From the human T2T-CHM13v2.0 reference genome, Homo sapiens, in assembly GCF_009914755.1 (NCBI RefSeq), contig NC_060931.1: DNA of 64,000 nt, one strand, 5' to 3'. The notes beneath the pieces are model-generated. The model ran no database searches. It was not told the DNA's origin and saw only the letters and a program-made list of their open reading frames with translations. Of this stretch, positions 11,591-26,044 are shown piece by piece (within the stretch, counting starts at the first letter, position 1; every line of letters starts with the position of its first letter). The translations under genes and the position numbers were made by a program.

Positions 11591-12938
11591 AAGGACTCCA
11601 AGGCAGATGTCCCCAAGCTATGTCTGCAAGAGCTTGCTGTTCTTATCATTCACATTTCTTCTTGTAAGAAGATATCCGTACTCATGTGGGTTAAAATATT
11701 ACTTTATCTAGTAAGGGTAACCTCAGCTAATTAACAAATAGCAATCATCAACTCATCATCCCTATTGTTAAACCAAGGGAGAGCATGGTCTTCTTAATCC
11801 ACAAGACCAATGTACTATGACGCATGAGAGAAGAAGAAAAATCTGAAAAATGAGGGACCACTCCCATTAAATGGGAGGCCTGAGCAATCATGGGTCTGCT
11901 TGTGGGCACTGGGTGCATGGGATGAGTACCTCAGAAAGAAAGGGAAAGGGACTTCAAAGACAAACTTAGTCTACTTAATACTTTCTCTTGTACTGGTTAG
12001 AAATGAGAAGTTAATTATTTCTATCAAGGTAGTTTCTAAATCTAGAGCGAGTAAGAGAAAGAGTTATAAGAAAAATTAGTACTTTTTACCTTAATGCTTG
12101 TGGAAATGGTACCTTAAGTTGACAATGCAATAGTAGGGCCATAAAGGCATAAGAGAAACTTGAGCTGAATATGTGACTACAATGCAAGCAACTTGAGAAA
12201 GAATGTTATCAATGCTGCCAGGGAAGCCTTTCTGCTTGAGGTCAGAAGGATGAAAATCAAGGAAACAAATAAAAATATTTAAATTGGATTCTCAAACCAT
12301 TCATCTCTGAAAAAATAACATCTAATATTTTCTTTTCTATCAACTGCCAGCCATGTGGATTTTACCAACGCTTTTCATCAAGGGGGACAATTTCCAGTTA
12401 CCCCATCCTTAGTGGTTACTGTAGCCTCACATAGCTTGATTCTGGCAAAGAGCATAATTCCGTGCCAAAATGAAGTGTATTGGCCTGTTTTGTTCTTTGG
12501 GCTGTGGGTAAAAGAAGTGGCAAGGGGAGCCAGTTTTCTAATAATTGAAGTGAAAAGAAGTTGGCCTCAATGAAGTTTTTCATCTCAGGTATTCAGATTG
12601 CCCTCCTTCTCTGCCTGCTGGGATGTGCGTACAGATACAATCTTAATGTAGAGTCTGGGTGGCTATAGACCTGAATAGTAACAAAATTGTCAGGGCTGCC
12701 TGCACATTTGAAAACAGTATGTCTTCAAAAATTGCACTTGGCAGATGATTGATTGGACACATACCTCTAAGCAACACCAAGCATGATGTTGACATTTTCA
12801 GATGTACTCTCACAGTGCCGCCAGAAGAACACATGAACACTCCTCCCTTACTTTCTAAAATATGTCTGCCTATTGCTCTGCTCCATTCCTGTTCACTGAT
12901 TATTTTCCATTGCTCCCTGGATCCCCTATCAACCAGAA

Positions 12939-13226
12939 CAATGGTTCTCAAACATTAGTGGCATCAGAATGACCTGGAGTGCTTGTTAAGCTACGAATTG
13001 CTGGGCCCTACCCCTAGAATTTTTAATTTGGGAAGCCTGTGTGGGGCCAGAGAATTTTCATTTGTAATAAGTTCCCAGTTGATGCTGATGCTAATGAAGA
13101 CTTTGAAAGCCACCAATCTAGAGTGATGGGTCTAAAACATTAGAATCACCTAGGGAGCTTTCATGAAAATACTGATGCCCAAGTTTACACCAGGCCAATT
13201 AAATCAGACTGTTTGAAGATGGAGCC
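12939..13226. mobile_element. MER5A followed by a partial MER5B-like element
   Basis: caatggttctcaaac...gcatcagaatgacctggagtgcttgttaa...ttcccagttgatgctgatgct; then cattagaatcacctagggagctt...ccaattaaatcaga. Confidence 0.8.
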
Positions 13227-13688
13227 TGTATTAGTTTTCTAGACCTGCTGTAACAAATTACCTCAAACTGAGTGGCTTAAAACAACAGCAATCTCTTCTC
13301 TCACAGTTCTGGAGTCTGGAAGTACCAAGTCAGTGTTTGCAGGCCACCATCCCTCAAAGGCTCCTGGGAGGGGGCTGATTGTAGCTCCAGCTGTGGCCAG
13401 CAATGTTGGGCCTTCCTTGGTTTGTAATTGTATCACTCTAGTCTCTGCCTCCGCCTTCACATGCACATGGCCTCTGTGTATCTATGTCTGTGCGCCCTCT
13501 CCTCTTTTCATATGGATGACAATGACTAGATTTAAGTCTTACCCTAATCCAGTATGACCTTTTCTTAATTTACACCTTAATTATATCTGCAAAGACCCTA
13601 TTTCTGAGTAAAGTCATGTTCTGAGGTTCTTGGTGGACATGAATTGTGCAGGGGCATTGTGAGGAGACACACTATTCAATCCTGTACG
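13227..13688 (-). mobile_element. MLT1C-type solo LTR
   Basis: tgtattagttttctagacctgctgtaacaaatta...actattcaatcctgtacg; 5-bp TSD gagcc / gaacc. Confidence 0.88.
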
Positions 13689-16073
13689 GAACCCTGACTT
13701 GACTATAAGATCCCTGAGGGTCAGATCCATGTGTGTCCAACTGCCTTGGAGAGTCTGGAACAGAATGGGATGAAAAAAAATTTCTTGAATGGATGAGCCT
13801 GTATACCCTCTACTTCCAATTCACGGTCATCACAACATAACAGATGAAAAACACTCTTCATTTGTCTTAAAAGCTTGTTATAAACTATCTGCAGATTCCA
13901 AGGACGTTGAAGTGTTTATCTGTATGACTATTCAACTCTAAATTAAAGACCTTTCCTCAAACAACAAAAGATATTGAAGGTATTTCTTTGTAGAAAGACT
14001 TGTATTCTGTTCCTCAGGGCATTTTATAGGGAACATACCTATAAAGAGCCCAGATTACACACTTCTGAGAGCTTTTAATGATAAGAAACAATGTTTTTGA
14101 ACTTCCCATTATGAACTAGAAATAATATTTTTACATGAAACAAAAATGCTAAATTACTTAACTGCCTCCCTAGAGTTTTAAGTTTTGTACAGTGTAAATG
14201 ATTGTTGTCCAGGAATTAAGACCACAGGGGTGTCTCTTTAAAATGCCTGCGATATAAAGCAGGAGGCAGGATGCCTGTTGTCTGAACTTCAGTTGCAGAG
14301 GTGATTATTCATGGGGTCAGGGTGGGGGTGGACTAACATGCAAGCCACAAGCCCAAGCCAAACGTGATCACATTGGAAGGTGTGCTGTGGATTGTCAGTC
14401 AGTTGGAAATCAGAGCGAGAGAGGCTTATTTTGGATGAGGTGGCATCTCAGGATCACAATCAAAATTGTCCAGATGGCTTTATTTTGGATCCGTTATGCC
14501 AATATCAGATATGGGGGTGGTTTATGGGGGGTTCTTTGAAGACCACTCTGTGACCCCCTGCAGTGGCAGTGGATACAGTGGGACATAAAACTGAATTCAG
14601 GATTAGGAGCCCTGGATTCTGGTCTCAGCTCCAGCACACAGGATCTCTGAGATTACTTGCAGTTTTTAAGAATACTGATGTGGGGTATACAAATGTAATG
14701 AACGTCTAAATTCATGTATCTCGCTTTGCATTGCTGCATCTGCTTTACAGAGGTATCTCTTTTTTTCTTTGAAAGAGAGAGGTTTGGTTACTTATTTAGA
14801 TTGTTAGAAGTATTTTCTCATCAGTGGATTCTGGCTTTGACATCCTTTTTGATAAAAAAAATTCTTCTTATATTAACCAGGAACATGATAATGTTTAGAA
14901 GTTATGAAAATATCTAAGTGTTTTTATAACATTTATGATATTTTAAAAATTCTTTCTAACCACACGCTAATAGTTATGATAATTTCCAGTTTTCTTTCTT
15001 AACCAGAGGCAGTGGTAGGCTTTTAACATGTCTTACTTCTCCCTTGAACCTCCTTCTCTATCAATGAACTGAGAGGACTGAAATCATCCGGGCATTTCTG
15101 AGCAAACGTCAGCTTTCTGAGAACTTGGAAGTTTTCTCACATCTTACTAGTTTATTTAGTCGTAAAGATTCGTTAAGATAAAAACCAAACACAGTCAAGT
15201 GTATGTGACAGATGTTTCTGGGATTTGGGCTAGAGGCACAGGCAGGAAGGGAAGCTGTCAGTCAAAGGCAGCCTCATATTTACTGCTGCGTTTTCCTGAT
15301 TTTTAGACTTTGCGTAAAGAAAGGGGTGCCCTTCCTGCATGAGCGAGGCATATCTTTGCTCTCTGACAGCTGCTGCACCTCTTCTTTGAAGTTATTCTCT
15401 GGCATGCAAGATGCACAGTAATATATCTGAAGTCTAATTCTGTCAGGGAAAAAGTTCAAATTGAAGAGTAATTTTTTTTAACTGTAAAGAAAACTAATAT
15501 TTGTGGAGCACCTACCAAATACAAAAAGAGTGCTACATGTTATTTCTTTTAGTTCTCATCATTGCACCCTTTTACAGACAAGAAAAAGAGGCATACAGCT
15601 AGTAAGTGGCAGGTCCTATGTTTGAATTCAGGTGTACAGATTCCACTTGTTTCTTGGAAGCACTTCCTTGGTTTGCCCTCAGTGTTTACACAGTCTTTCT
15701 TTATGACATTCATTTTTCTATTTGGAAGTATACATAATATAAACTTAACCATTTTAGCCATTGTTGAGTATACATTTCAGTGGCATTAAGTACTTTCACA
15801 TTGTTCTGCAACTGTCACCACCATCGTCTCCAGAATGTTTTCATCTTTCCAAACTGAATTCTGTACCCATTAAACAATAACTCTCCATTCCCCTCTCCCT
15901 TCAACCCCTGATAAACTCCATCTACTTCCTGTCTCTAGGCATTTGACTATTACAGGTACCACATACAAGTGGAATCATATAATATTTGTCCTTTTGTATC
16001 TGGCTTATTTTACTTGATATAATGCCCTCAAGCTTCATCCATGTTTTAGCATGTATCAGGGCTTCATTCCTTT

Positions 16074-16396
<323 letters not shown>

Positions 16397-16413
16397 TAAG
16401 GGTGAATAATATT

Positions 16414-16415
<2 letters not shown>

Positions 16416-16446
<31 letters not shown>
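16416..16446. repeat. (TG)15 microsatellite
   Basis: Pure TG run. Confidence 0.95.
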
Positions 16447-16449
<3 letters not shown>

Positions 16450-16631
16450 TGTACACCCCATTTTGTTCATTCCTTCATCCTTCAATGGACATTTTGGTTG
16501 TTTCCATCTTTTGCTACTGTGAATCATGCTGCTCTGTGAACATGGATGTACAAATATCTGTTCAAATCCCTACTTTCAATTATTTCTGGTGTATATTCAA
16601 AAGTAGGAATGCTAGAAGATTAGAATGTTTT

Positions 16632-16909
<278 letters not shown>

Positions 16910-17019
16910 TAGAATGTTTTAAAAATATATATAAAAATGTTAATTGAAGCTACCATAATCTCAAATACATTTTACAATTTTTCGAAAATGCATTTCCTAT
17001 CCAAGTTACCAACTTTCTC

Positions 17020-17670
17020 ATTTCTCGGTGATACCAGCGTTCTTCCAGCTTTCCAAGCTTGAGATCAAGATGTCACCTTGGACAATTTACCAGTGCCCTT
17101 CTCCTATAGTCTGCCATACACCATTGTTTATTTCTTCAAAGTATCCTCAAGATTGGGTTATTTTCATTAATTCTGCCATAACCTCAGCCCAAGTCTGATC
17201 ACTGTGGATCACTCCAACAGCTGCTTGATACAGCTGCATGCTTCCAGACTGTTTCCTACCAAACCTCCAATATCATTGTTGGAGTGATTTTCCTAAACAG
17301 TTCCTTCATCATGTCACTCCCCACTCAAGAATCTACAGTGGCATTAAGTTCAAGGTAGTAAATGAATTGATTCCCTCTCATCTGTGCAACACTATTTACC
17401 TGTCTTCCTTGCCTTCTTCTCTACTCCAAGGGCTCTCTTCAATGTTAGTCTTATAAACCAAGCTATTTCCCCAATCTATGCCATTGCTTTCTACTCACCT
17501 AATCTCACAAAACCATTTCCTATTGCTCTTCAAAACATATAGGTTCTCCATTTATTTCCTACATTTTTTAGTTTTGCTCCCCACAACCACACGCTAAACT
17601 TCTTGAGTGTAGGATCTTTGTCCTGTACTTTTTGTGAGAATCCTAAGATTCTGGACAGATATGTGCTTGC
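17020..17670 (+). mobile_element. L2 LINE 3' portion
   Basis: ggagtgattttcctaaac...tcatgtcactccccactcaagaatctacagtggc...taaacttcttgagtgtaggatctttgtc. Confidence 0.65.
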
Positions 17671-18310
17671 TGGCTCATGAAATAAGACAGAGTAACAGGA
17701 AGACACAAATTGCAAAAGGTGGAGACAGAGTTATCAGAGCCCTTAGGAAGAAACTGCTTTACACCTAGGAAGAAATCTCTCGTAGTGGTTGTCAAATACC
17801 AGAATAGAAAGAGTTCAGCTTAAATAGTTCCTTATGCATCTTTTGCATTGTGGTGTACAAACTCGGGCCAGTGAATTTTCAAGGCAAAATGCTACCCAGG
17901 TGAGTCTGTTTCTTATTTTAAATAATTCTCAAGATATGTGAAATACTTAATAAGTGTTCCTGCTCTTCTCCTAAGCATTTTGATTACATGCAAACCCTAG
18001 AAACACAGCATTCTAAGAAATTTGAAATGTTCTTACTACTGTAAAGTTTGGGAGCTTTTCTCAAAGTAGCTTTTTGGTCCAGTTAATAAAGAGATTTTTT
18101 TTTTCCTTGAGAAGGGCTTAGGAGGAACAGTTTCACACCTTATAGTAATTTCATAAATGCATAATTTGACACTAAGTTGGGAATACAAATCATTTTTCTG
18201 TAAGCAGACATGACATCCAGAAAGTTAACCCCAGAATCTGGCATGCCCTCCTCTTAGATTAGGACATGGGTGTTAGAATCACAACATTAACCAATTCAAG
18301 TTTAAGAACA

Positions 18311-18806
18311 GAATATGTCACAGAAGGTCAGATAAGTGAGAGCTACAAAAACTCAGAGAGATAATGAGAGAGAAGGGGGTGGAGAGAGAGCAAAAGGGAA
18401 AGAGAGAGGGTGGGAAAATAGCATTGGAAGAATATTTTAATGATATTTCAGGCCATAGAAATATTGTGAAATTTTATGAATATGTCACAGAAGTTCAGAT
18501 AAGTGAGAGCTACAAAAACTCAGAGAGATAATGAGAGAGAAGGGGGTGAAGAGAGAGCAAGAGGGAAAGAGAGAGGGTGGGAGAATAGCATTGGAAGATT
18601 ATTCTAATGATATTTCAGGCCATAGAAATATTGTGAAATTTTATGAATATGTCACAGAAGTTCAGATAAGTGAGAGCTACAAAAACTCAGAGAGATAATG
18701 AGAGAGAAGGGGGTGAAGAGAGAGCAAGAGGGAAAGAGAGAGGGTGGGAGAATAGCATTGGAAGATTATTCTAATGATATTTCAGGCCATAGAAATATTG
18801 TGAAAT
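18311..18806. repeat. 167-bp tandem repeat, 3 copies
   Basis: Copies start at 18311, 18478 and 18645; copies 2 and 3 identical over 162 bp; copy 1 differs at 6 positions. Confidence 0.98.
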
Positions 18807-20634
18807 ATAAGATTAATTAAAGACAACCAGAATTTTTTGGTTATGGATAATGAATAAATAAAATCATGCAGCCAAATTAGCTCATTTCCATCTCCTATTT
18901 ATAGACATTGTATTTAGATAGACTTTTTCACAAATAAATACCAAATTTGGAGCTAACATGACTGAAGGCATCTCTACTTTCTGTTCTCTTCTCTTTCACT
19001 GCTCTTAGGTGAGTCAAATAAGCTCTCAGGGCCTTTACTTTAAACTGATACTCTTCTAATTCCTGTTAATGCAATCTGTAGGAGAGACATTAACAATGTA
19101 TTTTGAGGACTCCTGATAGTAAAGTGCTGTTCTAGCCACTACTGCAGTTATGAAAGTTAAAATTTAAAAATATCCACCATTGTACCAATATTTAATTAAC
19201 AATACTCTATCACTGTCAGCACCAGAGGGCCTTGAATAAACTATTGTTCTGGCTTGGTTGACAGACAGCTTGTCAGGAAATGATCAGTATTGGCCATGAT
19301 TTAGGGCTAATTTCATGGATGTTTTCCAGTTTCCGCGATCTTCCTTTCCCCTCTTCCAAACAAAAGTGCTTCTGAAAATTTCTGTTTAACATCTTTCACT
19401 TTGAATAAAGAAAACACAAAACATACCCCTCGTGGCTGGTATTGGTGAAATTACTTCTCTGGAGAGACCAGCAGATGAAGGTCTTGTTTGAGAGGCACCA
19501 GGCAGAGGTTTCATTCTGTATCAGAGACCACACTCAGACCTGCAACCTGAGATCTATCTCTCCCCCTCCCTTCACCTACCTACACACATACACCACCTAA
19601 ATGAACACAGATGGCTGGCACCCAGAGTAGGCATCTAGGAAAACAGCCGCAGGCCTCTCTGTTTGCTGTCATTTCATTGTACAAACAGACAGCCTTCGAG
19701 ATGCTGGTGTTGTTTCTTAATCTGAGATCATTCTTGTTTGGAAGTTTACCCACTTCCTGTTGAGAAATATAGCAAAAGCATCAGAATACCCAGAGCTCGA
19801 TTTGACTAAAACCAAACATTCATTTTAACTCGTTAGATAGTTAAAATCATCGTCATAGTACACTCAAGGTATACTAACTCATGTAGAGGATTATATTTAA
19901 TAAAAGCCACATATTGATATAATCCATATCAGTTCCTACCTGGCAATACATGTTCTTCCTTCAGAGCTGCATAGCATCATCTGATGTATTTGTTTCTCTG
20001 TGTGAAATAAATTAATTATTCAAATGTAATATAAAAGAGTGTAAAGCCAAACTTCACAAATGCTGAAAAATAATCTAAATCTTTATACTGCCCCCCCCAA
20101 CAAATGGAACATATGTTTTCTCCTATTTATTTCTGTATAAAATATGTAAACAATTACCTGGGTTTGGAGGACATAATTATGAAGAGGTTGATATCTAAAA
20201 GGTTATTACTGATTTATAGAACTCTCTAGTTTAATAGAAGACATATTTAGGATAAGAAAAAAAATACTGCTTTCTCCAGGAACAATAAATGTCTCAAAGG
20301 GGAAACGTAAGATTTAAGAGTAATTTTTATTAGACATATATACTACAGTTTGTGAATCTAGCAGGTGTTTCTCATTTGAATGATTTCTACATAATAAAAA
20401 TTTTGTAGAGCTATCTCACACTTTGTAGTATATTTTATATGTCTCAAAATGCAGTGATTAAATTTCATTTCAAGGGCATTTTTTTAAAGTCTGAATTCCT
20501 CAATTTCCCTTCATGGGTTTATAATTCTCAGCCTGAAGATTAAATACCATATTAACAAGTATAAAATATTTATTTAAGCAAGAAATTGAGCTTAATTCTC
20601 CCTGGCATGTGTGCGTATTCTTCCTGGGTCTCCT

Positions 20635-20703
20635 ATACACACACACATGCGCACGAGCACGTATACACACACACACACACACACACACTCTGTCATACAC
20701 ACA
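20635..20703. repeat. Interrupted (CA)n microsatellite
   Basis: tacacacacacatgcgcacgagcacgtata(ca)n. Confidence 0.9.
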
Positions 20704-21269
20704 CTTTCTGCAAATTCATCTAATGTTGAACAATGTAATAATGCTTAATATTAGTATGATTCTGCATAATAAAAATTAAACCTTGCACTTGGGAGGATCT
20801 TAATACTTTAACTTCATAGGTTGTTAAATTACAGTTGCAATGTATTTATGCAAGAGTAATCTAATTTTCAATATTCAGAAGATTGCATGGCTCAGGAAAA
20901 AAACAAAAAAAATCAAATTTTTTTCTTTTAGGGAAAATTTTAATTTACCAAGTCATTCACAAAAGCCTTAATCATACCTTAAGCAGGATTTTAAATTATA
21001 CAAAACTTCCTAACTTGTGGCTTTTCATAAAGATTGGCCCAGTGTCAAGAATTCAAAAACCAAATATTTTCAGAAGTGGAAAAACAAGAAGAAAAATAAA
21101 ATGGTACATGCTTAAATTGATACATGTATTTAATAACATCCTATAACCGCATACATAAACCTGTATAGTCTCTAATGTATCACATTTGTTACTCCTTTTA
21201 ATCTGACTTACAGCTGAGGACTGCTTTATAACTAAGGCTGGCTTTCAGATATAATAATAGCCAAAGACT

Positions 21270-21660
21270 TCAACTTCTGGCTAAGATGGAGTAACGTGGA
21301 CTGGATTTATCCTCCCACCCTGAGCAACTGGAAAACTGGACAAAAAATGTGAAACAGCAATTTTTAGACATTGGACAGTAGAGAGCACAGGACTCTCATC
21401 CCTGAGAGAAGAGAAGCAAACAAGGTGAGTCCTGTGATTGCACCAGTTTAATGACCAAAGTATTTCCAGACTGGGAAATGACAAAGATAAGGGAACTAAC
21501 AGATGACGGAACTAACAGATGAGGACTTCAAACACTTATTATATTCTCTATGTGCTAAAAATTTTAGAGAAAACACAAGCCTGATGAAGAGAGAAATAGA
21601 AAATATAAAAAGGATCCAAATAGAACTTTTAGAGATGAAAAATACAACATCTGTAATGAA
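21270..21660 (+). mobile_element. Old L1M 5' end joined to an ORF1 fragment
   Basis: acttctggctaagatggagtaacgtggactggatttatcctcccacc...; then gagaaatagaaaatataaaaaggatccaaatagaacttttagagatgaaaaatacaacatctg. Confidence 0.7.
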
Positions 21661-21664
21661 GAGT

Positions 21665-21890
21665 AATAATTGCTAAAATTTAATGAATTTTAAACGTGGC
21701 AAGGTGCCAGGCCCTGCGCTGAGTGTTTTACATGCAACATCTCATTTAACTACAGCCTTTCTCCTATAAAGCAGGTGTTACAGATGAGGATGCCAAGGAT
21801 TAGAAAAGACAAATAATTGTACATTGTAGAGCTGAAACTTGAAACCACATGGCCCGCCTTCTAGGCTCATGCTTTTAAGCAACATTCCTA
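21665..21890 (-). mobile_element. MIR SINE
   Basis: gtgccaggccctgcgctgagtgttttacatgcaacatctcatttaa...ttacagatgagga. Confidence 0.7.
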
Positions 21891-22304
21891 TTGTTTATAG
21901 CAATGTTTGCAATAAAATATAATTTAGTCTAAAGAATGAACCTTATCTACAGATGTTTATTGAAATTCGTAGAGAATCTCACTAAAAATTACACGTCGTT
22001 TTGTGTATGTGTGTGTGCATGTGCACGTGTGTCTGTGTAAGTGTGCACACACACGCATGTGTGCATGATGTTGGTATAGATTTGCTAGAGATCAGATAGG
22101 TTTTTCTGAGAGTCTTATAAGGTTTGAGATGGAGAATGATTGAACTTATTTCTATTCTGCTGTTTTCTCAGGAAGATACGACAGAGATGAATTGAGGGAA
22201 ACTTGCAACTTAATGGTAGAACAATACACCATAAGATTGTTCAGAGCTTTTTTCTTGCTGTTAACGTATTCTGCAACTGATACTTCAAGTGTGCCAATAA
22301 TAAT

Positions 22305-22505
22305 AAGAAGAATATAATATTAGCTAAAGTTTGTCAAATGATTGTTGTGTGTCCTGCTCTTCTAACATACATGTGTTACCACATTTAATTCTTTGAGGTA
22401 GCTTCTATTCTTATTTATAGCGTCGAGGAGCAGGGAGATGTTACCTGACTTGTCCAAGTAACCCTGTAACCTTGAGAAGGTTACACAAAGGTCATACAAA
22501 GTATT
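22305..22505 (-). mobile_element. MIR SINE carrying a small templated insertion
   Basis: tagctaaagtttgtcaaatg...catttaattctttgaggtag...tgacttgtccaag...gtcatac. Confidence 0.6.
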
Positions 22506-24119
22506 TCTTGTAGAGAATCATTCTTGAAAATGAGTTTAATAATAGTTTCTGTCCCATTATAACTTTTCTGTACAAGACATTTATTTTAATAGGTTTTCTA
22601 TAAAATCATTTTATATAAAGATTATTTAATAGACTAGCTTTAACTATAATAGACACTATCCAACTGATAAAGAATGAAGCACATAGATTTTTCAAAAACC
22701 AAAATGTCTTAATACTCTGGTGTGAATACATCAATGAAGTAATCATATTTGTTCTCAAGAGTACCTTAACTTAAATAATGGGTTTATCCTGAGATTAAAA
22801 TATTTCAGCTTCACAATTTTTGAAGTCCATAGTTATGTCAAGAAATTTCTGTTCCTGAATAATGCCTACATAACTAATTCAGCCTAATGTCCTTATACTA
22901 AGACTATTAGGCAACAACAGTAATTTGCCACTTTTTCATTCTCTGCAAGTAGGATAGAAAGTCCACTTGAGTGACCATTTCAGGTCACAGAATAAGTCAT
23001 TAATAAAATTGAGACTGAGACTCTCATAAGTAGATTCTTGCCGTAATACTCCATCCCTTTATAAGAGCTACTTTTCACTCACAGAAAGTGAGTAGCCCTG
23101 TGCCGGGTGGCAGTTGGCCGAATGTGACTCACAGCGGGCAGGAGGGAACTGCATGAGGGTTCCTTATGTGTCTTGAACAAAGCGAGTCAATTTTATTTCA
23201 ACGAGCATTTACTAAATGTGATGCTGTGCACATTCTAAGTTAAAGATGGAACTACTAAGTCCTGATGCTATCCTCATTGTCTAAGCCAGGCATGTACTTA
23301 ACAAATAAACAAGTCAGTTGTGCCTATTTTTGTTCCAACTCCACCACAGAAAATCAGTCACATGAGTAGTCACTAGGCATAGAGTGGAAAAACAAACATT
23401 TGATCGGATTGTGGCAGTCACTTGTAGGCTAGATGCATTGCTGTTGAGTATATCAGGAAACAATTCCTACAATTTTGATTTCATGGGCTAGAAAAACGTT
23501 TTTTGTTTTGTTTTAAATTGGAGACCAACATAGATCAAGTAGAATAAAAATCAAAGAACAAAACCACCATCAAATATCACCATCAACACATATTTTGTTT
23601 AACATCAAATAATTAGTAAGGGTATAATTTTTTGACCTTATCAGAATAAAGGATAGTTACTTAAATTGAATAGATTTAGTTTTGTGAAAGAAAATTCATT
23701 TAATTTTCCCTGTTCTTCTCATTTTTACATGAACCATGAAAAACCTTGTCAGTCTGGCACCCCTTTGCAAATAGGAGTTTAAGAACCCTTTCCATAGATA
23801 CATTTTAGTCTCCATGATACAAACAACACTGGACTAAAAAGAGAGAGGTGAAGCCACACACCCAGGGCAGTCTTGAGAATACAGTGTCAGCAAAGGGGAC
23901 ACTGGCCTGCTGATCAGGCCTTAGTCTTTCTTGGTGGCCGCATCGAAGGCAGGTGGCTCTCTGGGCCAAGTGGGTCCTCTTTGGATATGAAGAACAGCAA
24001 CCTGTGAAAATGCTGTGATTTCACTACTTACTACCTGTGTTTTTTTATGAGTTCAAACGTTAAGGAAATATGTCTCACGAATGTAACTACCAAATAATCA
24101 AGTCTATATGAACTTCACT

Positions 24120-24290
24120 CAGGCCAGTCGTCATACATTTTTTGGATCACAAACTACTTTGAGAATCAGATGAAAGCTATGAACTTTCCTCCCAGAAAAC
24201 TGCACATATGTGTCCACCTAAGAATATTTTGTGCATATTCCAGGGGGACCTCTGAACTCCGTAAATGGATTCCAGTTTAGAGATCTCAGC
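24120..24290. mobile_element. MER117 hAT-Charlie MITE
   Basis: ttttttggatcac...ctttgagaatcagatgaaagctatgaactttcctcccagaaaactgcacata. Confidence 0.7.
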
Positions 24291-25375
24291 TTTAATGCAT
24301 GAAGGGATTTGAGGTCTTCACCACTGCTATTCTAACTTATCTGTGCTTCCTTATACTGCTTTAGTTTCTACTTAATTCTCAAAAAGCACTTCATGATTAT
24401 CTTTGCTGCAGCTTCTTCTCGTATCCTGTAGCACATGTTCCTGGAGAGGAGGTTAGATTTTCATCTTGGCTCCTGGATTTCACTCCTTCCAGGTCCCTGC
24501 CAGGCCTGGACTACATTTGGCTGTGGTCCTGAAAACCTTTCTAGCTCTTACCAACTTTCCTTCAAAATCTGGATCTTGTTCTTACTCCTTTTGCCACAGA
24601 TTTATACCTAGCTACAACTGGATTTTGTGAAAAAAGTCTGCCTCTTATTATGAAATCCCAAAGAACCAAGATGTTACTGCCTAAAGACTATTGTGGTGCT
24701 CCTGCCATGAGATCAGACTTCTTCAATATCGTGACAAGTTGGAATCAGACCTAAGGTCACTGTTAACCCTCTGCACGTTCTAAGTAATGGCCAAGATTCT
24801 CAGTTAGTGGGTAGAGCTCATCTGTCCCCTCTAGTCCTGGTTTACTCTTTTCTCCATCCTGCCTTGCCACAGAAGTCTCAGTAGGTCTGAAAGCTACGAT
24901 GACATCCAGAGTTGATGTTAAGTCCACTTCTCTATATGGAAATAAATGGTCAAGGCAGGTTTTAAAATGTTTTCTCACTGACCTTTAGTAATATTAACTC
25001 CTACTTAGCAGGGAGTGGATCTGAGCAACATATAATTGGCTAGCCTTCTTCAACTCTCTGATTTAGGGCATCTTAGTAGTATATAGACCTTTCACACACA
25101 CACAAAAAAACCCAATCTTTTTTGATTAATCATTAACTTGAGGCTAATGAAGATTGTTCCACAAAGTTATTGAATTCAATGATGATAAGTACATGCCTTA
25201 ATGTTAGGAAAGACTAAAAACCATCCAAATGTGGTGGACTTCAACCTGTCATTGAGCACACTGAACTATGTTAACTAAAATTTATTGGATGTTTAGTAAG
25301 TACATAATAGCTCAGTAAACATGTTAGTATTATCATTATTATGTGTGCAAAACATACTAAGTGCTTTATGTGAAT

Positions 25376-25780
25376 TATTATTATTTTTTAATAATTTCAA
25401 CTTTTACTTTAGATTCAGGTGGTACTTGTGCAGGTTTGCATAATGCCGATGTTTGGGGTACAATTAATCCCATCACCCAGGTACTGAATGTAGTACCCAA
25501 TAGTTAGTTTTTCAACCCTGACCATCCCCCTCCCTCCCACTTCTAGTAGTCCAAAGTGTCTGTTGTTATAACCCATCTTTATATCCATGAGTACCCAATG
25601 TTTAGGTCCCACTTACAAGTGAGAACATGTGGAATTTTGTTTTCTGTTCCTGTGTCAATTTACTTAGGATAATGGCCTCCAACTGCATTCATGTTGCTGC
25701 AAAGGACAAAATTTCATTCTTTTTAATGGCTGCAGAGTATTCCCATGATGTACATGTGCCATATTTTCTTTATCCAGTCC
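25376..25780 (-). mobile_element. L1PA16/L1PB-type 3' end inserted in a MIR (about 25325-25940)
   Basis: atttcaacttttactttagattcaggtggtac...cccacttacaagtgagaacatg; TSD-like tatgtgaattatt / tatgtggactatt. Confidence 0.85.
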
Positions 25781-26044
25781 TATGTGGACTATTTTATTTA
25801 ATTTTCAGAAATGCTCTCTGAGGCAAGTACTATTATCTCCAGTTTAAAGTAAGCTTAGAGAGGTTAACCTGCTTAGGATCATTAGTAGAGCCATAAATCA
25901 AATCCTGATTCTGGGGCCTAGGCTCTATACCACTGTAGTATATGGCATCTTTATCACACTGAAAATTTTCTTTGTAAGATCCTCTCAAAGTAATGTAGAT
26001 CTTTAAACAAGGCCTTTGTTCATTTGCTGTGGATAGGTAGTGGC

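Noticed and set aside
14250-14260. TATA-like GATATAAAG
   Set aside because: No CpG island, initiator or downstream exon support.
17498-17558. Perfect minus-strand donor AG|GTGAGT with an upstream ATG
   Set aside because: Lies in an L2 relic, the acceptor lacks a pyrimidine tract, and its phase does not match exon A.
22003-22067. Alternating purine-pyrimidine tract with self-complementarity (Z-DNA candidate)
   Set aside because: Common degenerate TG/CA microsatellite.
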